NCBI GenBank assembly: GCA_964016885.1
Contig: OZ024745.1
Coordinates: forward strand, 67,580,001 to 67,644,000
From: Eledone cirrhosa
Taxonomy: Eukaryota
Reading direction: 5' to 3'
Length of the DNA: 64,000 nt
In this document: piece by piece, positions 23,280 to 36,857 of the stretch
Layout of the letters: each line of letters opens with the position of its first letter
Numbering within the stretch: position 1 is the stretch's first letter
Program-made: the position numbers and the translations under genes
Notes under the pieces: model-generated
Database searches by the model: none
Seen by the model: only the letters and a program-made list of their open reading frames with translations
What the model was told of the DNA's origin: nothing

Positions 23280-25862
23280 TTCATTTATTGGTAATAATGT
23301 CATTGTCATTGCTTAGCTCCAGGTCAATCCTGGTTGACAAGACTGAATTTTTGACCAACAAGTAGAACCCAGAGAGAGAAACAGAGAAATAATCGACTAG
23401 AAATCTTTTTATCGACCCTGAAAGGGTGAAAGATAAAGTTGACCCCAAAAGTGCAGAATACAGAAAGCCAGAACATATACAACAAAGCATTATATCTGAT
23501 GTTAAAATGATTCTGCTAATTCACCACATTTGTGGCAAATATAGCCTGTATAGCATGTTTCCATCAAGATGAGGACAATATCCTAAAACCATGTGACCAG
23601 CAATGTATTGGTCTGGACATGCTACAATCTCTACTATCCACTTTAATTCTGCATTCGTGCAGATTCTGATGATGACCCCCATAGGACGTAGGTAATGTGG
23701 ATTCAGTCAGAGTATCGAAGTTGATGCTATAGATCAGACATGGGCAACCTTTATTGAGCAGTGGGCCAAATAGGATGTGGATCATCATAATCTGAACCAC
23801 ACTACTAAAAAATTCAAGACAATTTTGAAATTAAGCGTGCCATTCAGAAATCCAAATGAGCTGCATGTAGCTTGCAGGCCGCATTTTGCCTGTGGCTTCT
23901 GTAGATGGTAGCTCACCCTGCCTCCTCTCTTCAATGGCCCCTCCCCTCCTCAGTCAAGCCAAAGACAAAATGAGTACACAAATGATATAATGAATTTGTG
24001 CTGATTTCATGATGGAATTTGCACAGCACATTCTGTGCAGTGTTGGTGCTGGTATCACAATAAAAAACATCATATCCACCCTGTCCACTCTGTAAAGTGG
24101 TAATGCTGGTGCCATGATAAAAAGCAATCTATCCATCCTGTAAAGTGATAGTTTTGGTACCACGACAAAAAGTACTCAGCCCACCATGTAAAATAATAAT
24201 CTTGGTGCCACAAAAATGCGCCCTCTCCATGCTGTAAGGTGGCATTAGGAAGGATAGTAATACTGAAAAACAACAACGAATATCATCATCATCTGCATCA
24301 TCAAAAATATCATTCAACGTCCACTTTCCTTGCTAGCATGGCTTGGACTGGTTTTCACAGAGTGAGTCAGTACTCAAGTGGAGCTACTGACATCTCAGAT
24401 GGACCAAAGGTCTGCATCTCACTTACATACACTCCTGAACTCTACCGAGTGCTCTGATGGATTGAGAGCCCACATTTAACTTACTTATGTTCCCATGCTC
24501 TACCAAGTACATTTTATCATACCACAATACTAGGGAAGCTGTGATGTTATATGAAACATTGTATTAAAATCAGTTATTGAAATATTTACTAAAGTTACTA
24601 ACCACCTGCCACGGTATCATGTAACCCAGTACAACCTGCTTCATAGTCAAGTGGTGAGTGACTAAATCAGCTCTCCCATCAAACCCTGGGCTGGTGAGGA
24701 ATCCCTGCAGCACAAAAAACAAGAGCTTTTAAAAGGGTGGTTGGACTCCTCAGAGTCAACTGCCATCCATCACAACTTTTGGTTAAATAACCTCACCAAC
24801 TGGCAATTGGCCTAGCAAGGTGTGTATGGCTACACTCCTGACATGACCAAAACCAAACAAAAAGCAGTGGAGGGCTTCCCACAAAAAGTATGAGATGGAT
24901 CTAGATTGGAGTGGATATTAAAATGGCATTTATAACATAACAAAAGTAAGATTATGCTGCAAGGTTTTAATTTAAATAGAAACTCTTTGAAATGGATGGT
25001 TTTGTTTTATAGAATCAGAGAGTTTTGGGTGGGTTGATATGAAAAGAATTAATACTTCTTAGAATGTCTACCTGCACCTAGGATTTGGTTAAGAGCTTCA
25101 AAATTGTTTATTACAAATTTTGAAAATTAAAAAAAAAATTTTCAGAACTTAAAAAACATAATAATGCATTAAAGGTAAACATTTATTTCCTCATAGCTGA
25201 CACAACTGTAAGAAGGGAAATAATAATTTGATTCACATCACAACCCCAAACCTTTTGTTTAGTTGTTTCTGAAGTGAAACCATACTTTTTGATCCACTGC
25301 CAAAGTTTTTCTATCAATGCTAAGTAAGGCTGATTAGTCTTGCTTAATCTAGATGGTTCTAAGAATGACAACTTTACTGCTAAAACTGATACGTTTGTCA
25401 TCTGCTTTACTTCCAACTTTACTCAATATAGGTTTCTCCTATTTAACCCAGCCAATGTCTCAATATCTACAGATATTTAGTTTGTTAAATCTTTCTTCTC
25501 CAAACATTAGAAATGTTAAACATTTGGATATCATTACAGCTCTTATGGAATTACTTTCCATCTTGGACAAGGTTTTCAGTTCCTGCAGTCATCTACTCTC
25601 AGTATTTGAAGTATTCTTCTTCTTCTTCTTCTTCTTCTTCTTCTTCTTCTTCTTCTTCTTCTTCTTTCACTTATTCCTGAGAGGGTCGTGGGGGTAGAGT
25701 CCTCAAACACTCCTTCCAGCAGGTCCTGTCAGAAGCAACCATCTCCAAGCGATACCAGCCAAGCTCATGGATGTATGCAATCATGTTAATTTTTTAAGAA
25801 ATGGGGTTAGAGACCCCTTAACTACTCTTCTAACATTATTACATTCCAAATTACATTCCAAA

Positions 25863-26050
25863 AGGTGGATTGGCAGTATTGGTAAAGGGTCGGACGCCAT
25901 GCTTTGACGTATAGAGTTACGTCCTTGCCATTCTGAGTTCAAATCCCACCGAGGTTAACTTTGCCTTTCATCCTTACAGGGTCGATAAAATAAAGTACCA
26001 GTAATGCACTGGGTAATTGCTGGTCTTGTGCCAAACGTAGAAACAATTAT
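25863..26050 (+). mobile_element. SINE family 1
   Basis: Flanked by an ATTACATTCCAAA duplication. Confidence 0.85.
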
Positions 26051-26644
26051 TACATTCCAAATTTCTCATGTAATATCAATGGGAATTAATAATGTTCTTG
26101 CAAACATACTTGTAATCTCACCCTTCACTTCTCTCTTTTTCTCCTTCATTTCTCTTTAACTCCCTTCTCAGTACAGGCTTTCAAAAGTTAGATCAACTGA
26201 TTAAATACATGGTACAAACTGTTCTATTATAGAAAATTCCATAGATTGTTGCATGACACTTTAGGCAGATGTTTTCTGCTATAGCCTTGGCTGGACATGG
26301 GTCTTGTGAGTAAAATTTAGTTGACAAAAACTTTGTAGGAATTCATCAAAGAGAGTCTTCCTCTTTGTTTGTTTGATTGTTTTGTTATTTTTTATTGTTT
26401 TTTATGTGTGTAGCAGACTTAATCCATCACCAAATTTAACACTGCCAACTGAACTTTGAACAGGGTTGAGTTGCAAGCATTCAGGCCAAGACTTCCTACT
26501 AAGGATAAAACCCTCCCCTCTCACCTGATTTAATGCATCTAAAAGGTTTGTGGATACTGCTCTTCTTCCTCTGACTAACTTATTTAAAAGAAAAATGTCC
26601 TATGAAATGGAAAATATTTATACGTGCACTTCATCTTAAATGTC

Positions 26645-28860
26645 CTATAGCATATTTAAGTCAGTGTGTGTATATATAGCACATGTAAGTCAGTGTGTGT
26701 ATATATATATATATAGCACATTTAAGTCAGTGTGTGTATATATATAGCAAATTTAAGTCTGGCACACAGACTTAAATGTGCTATACATACACATACTTTG
26801 TCTTAAATGTGCTATACATACACATACTTTGTCTTAAATGTGCTATATATATACACATACTTTGTCTTAAATGTCCTATATATACACATACTGACTTAAA
26901 TGTGCTATATATATACACATACTGACATAAATGTGCTATATATATACATACCTTGTCTTAAATGTCCTATATATGCAAACACTGACATAAATGTGCTATA
27001 TATATACACACACTGACTTAAATATGCTATATATATACACATACTGACTTAAATATGCTATATATATACACACAATGACTTAAATGTGCTATATATATAC
27101 ACACACACTGACTTAAATATGCTATATATATACACATACTGACTTACATATGCTATATATATACACACACTGACTTAAATGTGCTATATATACACACACT
27201 GACTTAAATATGCTATATATATACACATACTGACTTAAATATGCTATATATATACACACACTGACTTAAATGTGCTATATATACACACACTGACTTAAAT
27301 GTGCTATATATATACACACACTGACTTAAATGTGCTATATATATACACACACTGACTTAAATGTGCTATATATATACACACACTGACTTAAATGTGCTAT
27401 ATATACACACACTGACTTAAATATGCTATATATATACACATACTGACTTAAATATGCTATATATATACACACACTGACTTAAATGTGCTATATATATACA
27501 CACACACTGACTTAAATATGCTATATATATACACATACTGACTTACATATGCTATATATATACACACACTGACTTAAATGTGCTATATATACACACACTG
27601 ACTTAAATATGCTATATATATACAAATACTGACTTAAATATGCTATATATATACACACACTGACTTAAATGTGCTATATATACACACACTGACTTAAATG
27701 TGCTATATATATACACACACTGACTTAAATGTGCTATATATATACACACACTGACTTAAATGTGCTATATATATACACACACTGACTTAAATGTGCTATA
27801 TATACACACACTGACTTAAATGTGCTATATATACACACACTGACTTAAATATGCTATATATACACACACTGACTTAAATGTGCTATATATACACATACTG
27901 ACTTAAATATGCTATATATATACACACACTGACTTAAATGTGCTATATATATACACACACTGACTTAAATGTGCTATATATATACACACACTGACTTAAA
28001 TGTGCTATATATACACACACTGACTTAAATGTGCTATATATACACACACTGACTTAAATATGCTATATATACACATACTGACTTAAATGTGCTATATATA
28101 CACATACTGACTTAAATATGCTATATATATACACACACTGACTTAAATGTGCTATATATATACACACACTGACTTAAATGTGCTATATATACACACACTG
28201 ACTTAAATGTGCTATATATACACACACTGACTTAAATATGCTATATATACACACACTGACTTAAATGTGCTATATATATACACACACACACACTGACTTA
28301 AATGTGCTATATATACACATACTGACTTAAATATGCTATATATATACACACACTGACTTAAATGTGCTATATTTATACACACACTGACTTAAATATGCTA
28401 TATATATACACACACTGACTTAAATGTGCTATATATACACACACTGACTTAAATGTGCTATATATATACACATACTGACTTAAATATGCTATATATACAC
28501 ACACTGGCTTAAATATGCTATATATATACACACACTGACTTAAATATGCTATATTTATACACACACTGACTTAAATATGCTATATACACACACTGACTTA
28601 AATATGCTATGTACACACACTGACTTAAATATGCTATATTTACACACACTGACTTAAATGTTCTATATATACACACACTGACTTAAATATGCTATATATA
28701 TATATACACACACTGACTTAAATATGCTATATATACACACTGACTTAAATATGCTATATATATATACACATACTGACTTAAATGTTCTATATATACACAC
28801 ACTGACTTAAATATGCTATATTTACACACACTGACTTAAATGTTCTATATATACACACAC
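26645..28860. repeat. Minisatellite, ~30-32-bp unit ACTGACTTAAATRTGCTATA(TA)nCACAC, roughly 70 copies
   Basis: Direct tandem array 26765-28860 preceded by 3-4 inverted units at 26645-26760. Confidence 0.95.
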
Positions 28861-29479
28861 TTTGTTTTAAATGAAGAATTAGTATTGTTCTTGTTGTTAC
28901 TACTATTATGCAATCCTTTTCGTCTTTTTACCTATCCCAACCAGACAGTCCTATACAAGCGAGACACGGTCTCCCAACCAATCTTGCCTCAAGTGGGACA
29001 ATTCCCGTCTAAACCCATGCTAGCATGGAAGATAAGCGTTAAACGATGATGATGAACCACTACAAATGCTATGCACAAATGAGAAAGCCTATACATGCTT
29101 GACTTGTTGGAAATAGCAGCCAAATCTCCCTCAAATCTCACCAAACTTTTTTTTTTAAATGAATCATTTGATGATGTAATTCTAAGTTGCCTGTATGTAG
29201 ATAAGATGAACATAATTGGAATGATTTTTATCATGGGTCTGCTCAATCAAGGCTGACCTAGGGCTAAATAACAACAACAATCACCCACAACTGCTATTTG
29301 ATTATTGAGATATTCTTTAAATGTCAGATTATCAAATGTCACATCTTGTTAAATGCATTGATGAGTATTGAGGAAAAAAAAAAAACAGTGACAGCTGTAA
29401 TCATAATATTGATTAATAACTTAGACCAGACAATAGATATACACTTCTGATCACAAAGTCATTGTCATATTCATCATCA

Positions 29480-29740
29480 TCATCATCTTCTTCTTTTTCT
29501 TCTTTTTTCTTCTTCTTTTTTCTTTTTCTTGTTTTTCTTTTTCTTCTTCTTCTTTAACTTTTTCTTCTTTTTCTTTTTCTTTTTCTTTTTCTTTTTCTTT
29601 TTCTGCTTCTTCCTCTTCTTTTATTTTTATTTTATTTTATTTTTCTTATTTTTCTTATTTTATTTTTCTTCTTTTTCTTTTTTTTTCTTCTTCTTCTTCT
29701 TCTTTTTCTTTTTTTTTCTTCTTCTTCTTCTTCTTCTTTT
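29480..29740. repeat. (CTT)/(CTTTTT) pyrimidine tract
   Basis: Direct reading. A similar (CTT)n at 25614-25667 is followed by a related ~80-bp sequence (compare 25680-25775 with 29742-29860). Confidence 0.85.
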
Positions 29741-29834
29741 TGTGAGAGTTGTGGGGGAAGAATCCTCAAAGAACTCCTTCCAGTGGTTCCTGTCAGAAGC
29801 AACTGTCTCTAATTGATCTGGTTGAATCTCCCAG

Positions 29835-31300
29835 AAACAAGATTAGCTGAGCTCATGGATGTTGCTGAGATGCTGAAAGCATCTGCGATGGTGGGTCATG
29901 CCTTGACCACCTGCATTGTAAGCCAAGTAATATAAAATGGTGTCATACTCAAAGATTGGCATAACAGCATCATCATCAACTGCTACATGGGTAACGAAGA
30001 TGCTCTAGACAGAGAAAACTATAGAGGCATTAAGTTGGTTGACCAGGTCATGAAGGTCACAGAAACAGAAAGAGTCATCGCACAGTTGATTAAGGACCGA
30101 GTTAACCTAGAGGAAATGCAGTTTGGATTTGTGCCAGGTAAAAGTACCGTGGATGCTCTCTTCGTGAGGCAACTGCAGCAGAAGTATCTAGCTAAAGGTC
30201 CTAGCATGTAGAAAGGAAAACAGGGCCCAGATTCCCTCGTGGAAATGACCTTGCTCAGTGTGCAGGAAAGGAATAGGTAGAAATTCCATCAAATGTCCCA
30301 AATGCAAGCTATGGGTATGTAAAAGATATAGTGGGGTCACAGGCAGGCTATCAAAGAATGTAGACTTTATATGCAGCCAATGCAGAGGTGCAGTAAGTAG
30401 CAAGTGCCCACAGGGTACTAACTCCTTCAAATATTCATATAGCTCTGTAGAAATAGTCAACAGTTTCTGCTACCTGGGTGACCAAATCAGCAGTGGAGGG
30501 TAGTGTTCCGAAAGTACAGTAGCCAGAGTAAGAATGTAAGCTACTACTGCTAGCTACAAAAGGTTTTCCCTTAAAATGAAGGGCAGATTGTATGATGCAT
30601 TGTATATGAACAGCAATGTTGTATGGTAGTGAGACCTGGGCACTATGTGCAGAGGACCTGTGAAGATTGAAAAGAAATGAAGCCTGCATGCTCTGATGGA
30701 TGTGTAATAGTAATATACACAAATAGCAAATAAACTGAGAGAAAAATTTAGCATAAGAGGGATCAGATGCAGTGTGCAAGAGAGAAGATTGCATTTGTAT
30801 GGCCATATGATGTGTATGAAGGATGACAGCTGTAGGGCAATCAAAGTTGATGGAACCCATGGAGTAGGAAGACCCAGGAAGACCTGGGATGAGGTGATAA
30901 AAGCTGACTTTGCATAATTGCACCTCTCAAAGATAATTGTTTCTATTTTAGGCACAAGGCCAGCAATTACCCAGTACATTACTGGTACTTTATTTTATCA
31001 ACCCCGTAAGGATGAAAGGCAAAGTTAACCTCGGCGGAATTTGAACTCAGATCATAAAGGGACGTAACTCTATGCTTCAAAGCATGGTGTCCGACTCTCT
31101 ACCGATACTGCCAATCCAATCGCACCTCTCAAAGATAATAACGCAGGATCAAGATCTTTGGTGTTATGCAGAAGACCTGCTTTCCCATGTGCACAGACTG
31201 AAGTATATGTCTAGTATGCACCTCTTAACCACTATCCTCCCTTCGCCTTCCATTCACCTCCCTCGCCCTAACGCTCCCACCTACATCTGATCACACCATC
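29835..31300 (+). mobile_element. Degenerate RTE-clade LINE fragment with internal deletion
   Basis: NYRGIKL..MQFGFVPGKSTVDA, Cys-rich finger, FCYLGD, YGSETW, GRPRKTW; stops and frameshifts. Confidence 0.88.
30938..31121 (-). mobile_element. SINE family 1 inserted into an RTE LINE, 18-bp TSD
   Basis: GCACCTCTCAAAGATAAT at 30920-30937 and 31122-31139. Confidence 0.9.
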
Positions 31301-32154
31301 CTTACACTGTAAAGTGATCTTGTAGGTGTCAGGACAAAAAGCTCCCAGCATACACTGTAAATACGGTTGGCATCAGGAAGGGCATCCAGCTGTAGAAACC
31401 AAGCCAGAAACAGTTTTGTATGAACAATGGTGGTGATGGTAACGGTTGTGGTGATTGTGATGAGGAGGAGGAGGAGGGGGGGAGCAGGGAGAGGGCCCTG
31501 TGATACTTTAACATAGCTTTTATTACTCTTACAAATAAATATGAACTGTGGATTTATATAATATCGACAACAATGTTTAATAAATGAAACATTAGAATTA
31601 ATAATTTCACCATATGTTACTAACTTTTCATCAATATCAGAATTATATCAGATTTTATCAGAATAACATAATAAGCAAACAGTGTTTGTGACTGACTTAA
31701 TTAAAATTACAGATCAAAGTTGAAATCTATAAAATGTAATGAACACCAGATATTGAAAGAAATGTCTGCTATCAGATTTGAACTACAACTTTAAACAAAC
31801 AATGTTCAATTAGTTACAGTCTTTATATTTTATTTTATTTCAAGTATTTTCCTTTGCAAGTGTGTGGGTTCAGTAAAGTTGTCGATGGTGGCGGTGTAAA
31901 TGTGTGGGGTGGAATGTGGTGAGGTGGAGAGTGGGGAAGGGTATGTAGGTTGGAAAAAGCATTGAGTTGTATGATTTCTGTTTAAATGTTTCCTATGTAA
32001 ATATCAATAATTGGTGAAACCTGCACTAAAAAATTGTCTTTAAAAACATACAGTTGCTTATTCTGATAAATATATAAAATACTACAGAGATCACTCAAAA
32101 GTGAGGATGAAATGTTAGCATTTACTATTGCTTTTCGTAATAGTCTCAGGTGCT

Positions 32155-32960
32155 CAACACCACCAGCACTGGGCTGCACCAACACTATGTTACACCAACG
32201 CTGGGTTATACCAGCAGTGGGCTACACCAACACTGTGTTACACCAACACTGGGTTATACCAGCAGTGGGCTACACCAACACTGTGTTACACCAACACTGG
32301 GTTATACCAACACTGTTACACCAACACCGTGTTACACCAACACAGGGCTACACCAACACTGTGTTACATCAACACTGGGTTATACCAACACCATGTTACA
32401 CCAACACCATGTTACACCAACACCATGTTACACAACACTGGGCTACACCGACACTGGCTACACCAACACCGTGTTACATCAACACTGGGTTATACCAACA
32501 TCATGTTACACCAACACCATGTTACACAACACTGGGCTACACCAACACTGTGTTACACCAACACTGGGTTACACCAACACTGTGTTACACCAACACTATG
32601 TTACACCAACACTGCGTTACACCAACACCGGGCTACACCAACACTGGGCTACACCAACACTATGTTACACCAACAATGTGTTACACCAACACTATGTTAC
32701 ACCAACACTATGTTACACCAACACTGTTACACCAACACTGGGTTATACCAACACCGTGTTACACTAACACTGAGTTATACCAACACTGTGTTACACCAGT
32801 ACTATGTTACACCAACACTGTGTTACACCAACACTGGGCTACACCAACACTGTTACACCAACACTGTGTTACACCAACACCGTGTTACACCAACACTGTG
32901 TTACACCAACACTATGTTCCACCAACACTATGTTACATTAACACTATGTTACACCTGTAT
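32155..32960. repeat. Minisatellite, 16-bp unit CCAACACTRKGTTACA, about 50 copies
   Basis: Tandem 14-16-bp variants; the ORFs in all three plus frames are a consequence of the unit. Confidence 0.95.
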
Positions 32961-33032
32961 TGGGCTGTACCTAAGTATGAAAGGTAAAGTTGACTTTAAT
33001 GGGATTTATGGCAAAGCACAGGACCAACGATG

Positions 33033-33088
<56 letters not shown>

Positions 33089-33098
33089 GGTGGTGGTG

Positions 33099-33131
<33 letters not shown>

Positions 33132-33477
33132 CCACCACAAAGGGTGATTCACATGAATACTCTATTTTCAAAATGTGCTCATATGAGAAAATTTCATTTT
33201 TCTTTATCATTTTTTTATTTATTACTTGATCGAGAGGAAGGGCAGTGTCCAGTCCATGAGGGAAGGTAGAATCTTCAAATCAGAAACCTATCCTAAATGC
33301 ATACAACAGAGTGAATTCTTGTAAGGGTAACCAAGAATCAGATGGTGATATTAAATGGAGTGACAGACTAAGTCTATCATTGAAAAGCCACAGTGGTGCT
33401 CAAACTCATAATACATAGAGCTGAAATAGATACTGTCAAATGCTCTACCGATGGTTCAAACTCATAATACATAGAGC

Positions 33478-35089
33478 CAGAGGCCTCGTTTGCCTTAAAA
33501 ATGTGAGGGGGGAGGACCAACATTTGTTGATTCTTAAAGAACATAAATTGCTTATGGTGCCTTTCCCGGACTCCATCACATAAGTAAAATGTTACGCTAA
33601 TTAAATTTTAAGCTGAATCAATGGCTGAACTAGAAAAGAAATTCCAAACATGGAAGCATGGTCTAGAATCAAAAGGCCTTAAAGTTAACTTGTCTAAGAC
33701 TAAAGTCCTAGTTGTAGAAAGGAAAATAAGGCACAGGTACCCTCAGGGAAATGGCCTTGCTCAGTGTGTAGGAAAGGAGTAGGCAGAAATTCAATGTTAT
33801 GTCCCAAATGCAAAGTATTGGTACATAAAAGATGTAGTGGGATCACAGGTAAACTATCTAAGAACGTAGACTTTATATGTGGCTGATGCTCAGGTGCAAG
33901 TGTCCACAGGATACTAGCCCCTTCTATTGCCCAGATGGTTCTATAGAAATAGTAGACACTTTCCGTTACCTGGGTGACGAAATTAGCAGTGGTGGAGGGT
34001 GTTCTGAAAGAACAGTAGCCAGAGTCAGAACGGGATGGAAAAAATTCAGAGAGCTTATATTGCTGTTGGCCACAAAAAGTTTCTCTCTAAAAATGAAAGG
34101 CAGATTGTATGATGGCTGTATACGAACAGCAATGTTACCTGGCAGTGATACATGGGGATTGTGCAGAGGGCCTGCGCAGACTGGAAAGGAATGAAGCATG
34201 CATGCTCTGTTGGATGTGTAATAGTAATATACATGAACGGCAAAGCATAAATGAACTAAGTGAGAAATTAGGAATAAGAGGGATCAGATGCTGTTTACTC
34301 GAGAGAAGACTACGTTGGTATGGCCACGTGATGCACATGAAAGACGACAGCTGTATAAAAAAGTGCAGGGCAATCAAAACTGATGGTAGTTACGGAGTAG
34401 GTAGACCCAGAAAAACCTGGGACGATCTGATAAATTCTGATCTTACACACTTGCACCTCTCTAAGACAATGTCACTGGACCGAGATCTTTGGTGCTACGC
34501 AGTAATACAGAAGACCCGCCTTGCTTATGTACAAAGCGAAACCTACAGTCAGTAGGCACCTCTTAACCAAATATACACCCCAATCCACTACCCCTACCCT
34601 ATCCTCCCACTCCCACCAACACCACCCCCTCTCTATAAAGTTGGTACTACAACATCCAGTTCAAATAAATGAAATAAATGAGATCGAGATCGAGATCGTG
34701 TAGGTGTCACGAGAAAAAACACACAGTCCACGCTGTAATGTAGCCGTGTAGGTAACATGGTAAAAAGTTCCCAGTTCCACACTGTAAATGTGGTTGGTGT
34801 TAGGAAGGGCATCCAGCCGTAGAAAACCTGCCAGATAGTCCTATATGAGCGAGACACGGTCACCCGACCAACCTTACCTCAAGTGGGACAACTCCCGTCT
34901 AACCCATGCTAGTGTGGAAAGTAGACATTAAACGAGGATGATGATGATGATGATATTCAAATGAAGTTCAGATATAAAAAAAAAGCTTAAAAAGAATTTA
35001 TTATATCAAATAAACAAAAAATAAAATATAGCTGTTTGAAAAAGTGGGGGGGACTTATCCCCTGGTACCCCCTTGAAGCAAGGCCCTTG
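33478..35089. mobile_element. hAT-like non-autonomous element with 8-bp TSD
   Basis: TSD CATAGAGC at 33470-33477 and 35090-35097; imperfect TIRs CAGAGGCCTCGTTT and (reverse complement) CAAGGGCCTTGCTT. Confidence 0.6.
33595..34955 (+). mobile_element. 5'-truncated RTE LINE with 3' tail, nested inside a hAT-like element
   Basis: GLKVNLSKTK, WPCSVC..CPKC..HKRC..FIC, FRYLGD, LRWYGHV, GRPRKTW; region ends in (GAT)n. Confidence 0.9.
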
Positions 35090-35646
35090 CATAGAGCTGA
35101 AATAGATACTGTCAAATGCTCTACCGATGGTTCAAACTCATAATACATAGAGCTGAAATAGATACTGACTGATGTTCTAACGATTCTATAGGTTCACCAC
35201 CATAGATAAGTGATATATTTATCGACCATAGAAGGATTTTACCATTAATAAACCAGGATGATGATCCCCATTATTATTTTAAGTGTATTAAATAATAAAA
35301 TAGACTATCATACAAAGTTCTGTAGGCATAAACGAAAACAAATCCAAATATTCAATAATATACTTTATAGAATACTTATCAGTGTGTGTGTGTCCAGCCA
35401 TAGAAACCAAGCCAAATATGGAATGTATGAGCAAGGTATATATATATATATATATATATAGATGAGTCAAGACCCCAATGGCTGAGCTCTTGCCATTTTA
35501 ACAGCTAGTTCTAGACGCTGTTGAAACAGCAAGACCTCAGCCATCGGGGTCCTAACACATTCAAATAACCATACTCTACTACCCCAAGTACTGAGCATTC
35601 TGGTGAGTAATGGTCTAACTAGTTTCTAACTGCTGATTCCATCCTC

Positions 35647-35702
<56 letters not shown>

Positions 35703-36794
35703 ATAAAGCAACAGGAGGCTGGAAAGTTGAAATTCCTTTAAATTCGGGGGCAGTAAGTCTAAAAGACTGGACGTAGGCTGCCTCCGAGTCAAGTATTTTT
35801 ATCTTTATCTTTATTTTTGTCTCCGTGTACACAACCTGTGTTCACCATATTTCCTTTACAACTGTTATGCACTGATTATGTCACTGAAATCTTACTGGTC
35901 ATTGAAATATATATAGTCCCCTCAGAATAAAAACTTTAAAGGAATTTCAACTTTCCAGCCTCCTATCGCTTTATTCAATAAGGTTTAACTCCGGCCATTC
36001 ACCACCAACATAATTTTACACCAAAGATGATTGAGTTGCGTCACGTTAAGTGCTTTTCATACTATCGCATCATGGTTAACTACACAGAATGAAAAGTTCT
36101 ATCCAATGGTGAACCACCAGCTTCAATGTGTGTGTATATATATATGTGACATTCAATATTTATTCTAAACCACATAGGCGTTTGGTATAAGTAATTTATT
36201 TGATATTGGTTGAACATAGCAATATTTTTTTAACTTTACAATAATTAAGTTTGTTTTATTTTTTATTCAATTTAATTATTTTTATCCTGCTCGCTTCAGT
36301 TTTCATTCATTTTGTTATGGCCCATCTTAATTTCAGATGTGATTACAAGGGATATAACTATTGTGCTGTTTGTCCTTCTAAAGTTATCTCCCTTGTCTAC
36401 TGCTTTGCAATATGACAGTTTATGCAAAGTTTTCCCAGATTTCTCTATTAATAGAACGAAGATCGTTTCTATCGCACGCGAAGAAGTTAAATTCACATTA
36501 AATTATGTTTGGGCATTTTAAACTCAGCGTTTGTATTGATTTATTCCAATTTTCATTTACTTCAAAGAGTATTTCATGTTGGATTTTATCTGAAACATTA
36601 ATATATTTTGACAAGATTCTACATTATCTATCTATCTGTCTGTCTGTCTGTCTGTCTATCTGTTTATCTATCTATCCCTCTCTACAATATATATATACAC
36701 TTCCTACAAAACGCTCCTTCTGGACATTTTTACATCTACCATTCTCTACCATTTGTTGTCACAAACAATGAACATATAATTTCTTCTCTCTCTT

Positions 36795-36857
<63 letters not shown>

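Noticed and set aside
25183-25610. 77-aa minus-strand ORF in unique-looking sequence
   Set aside because: No recognisable motif, non-ATG start and no convincing splice partners.
26645-28860. CRISPR-like appearance of a regular ~30-bp repeat
   Set aside because: No unique spacers, no cas genes, eukaryotic context; it is a minisatellite.
32112-33036. 291/302/205-aa ORFs as a protein-coding gene
   Set aside because: Fully explained by a stop-free 16-bp tandem unit with frame-shifting indels; not annotated as CDS.
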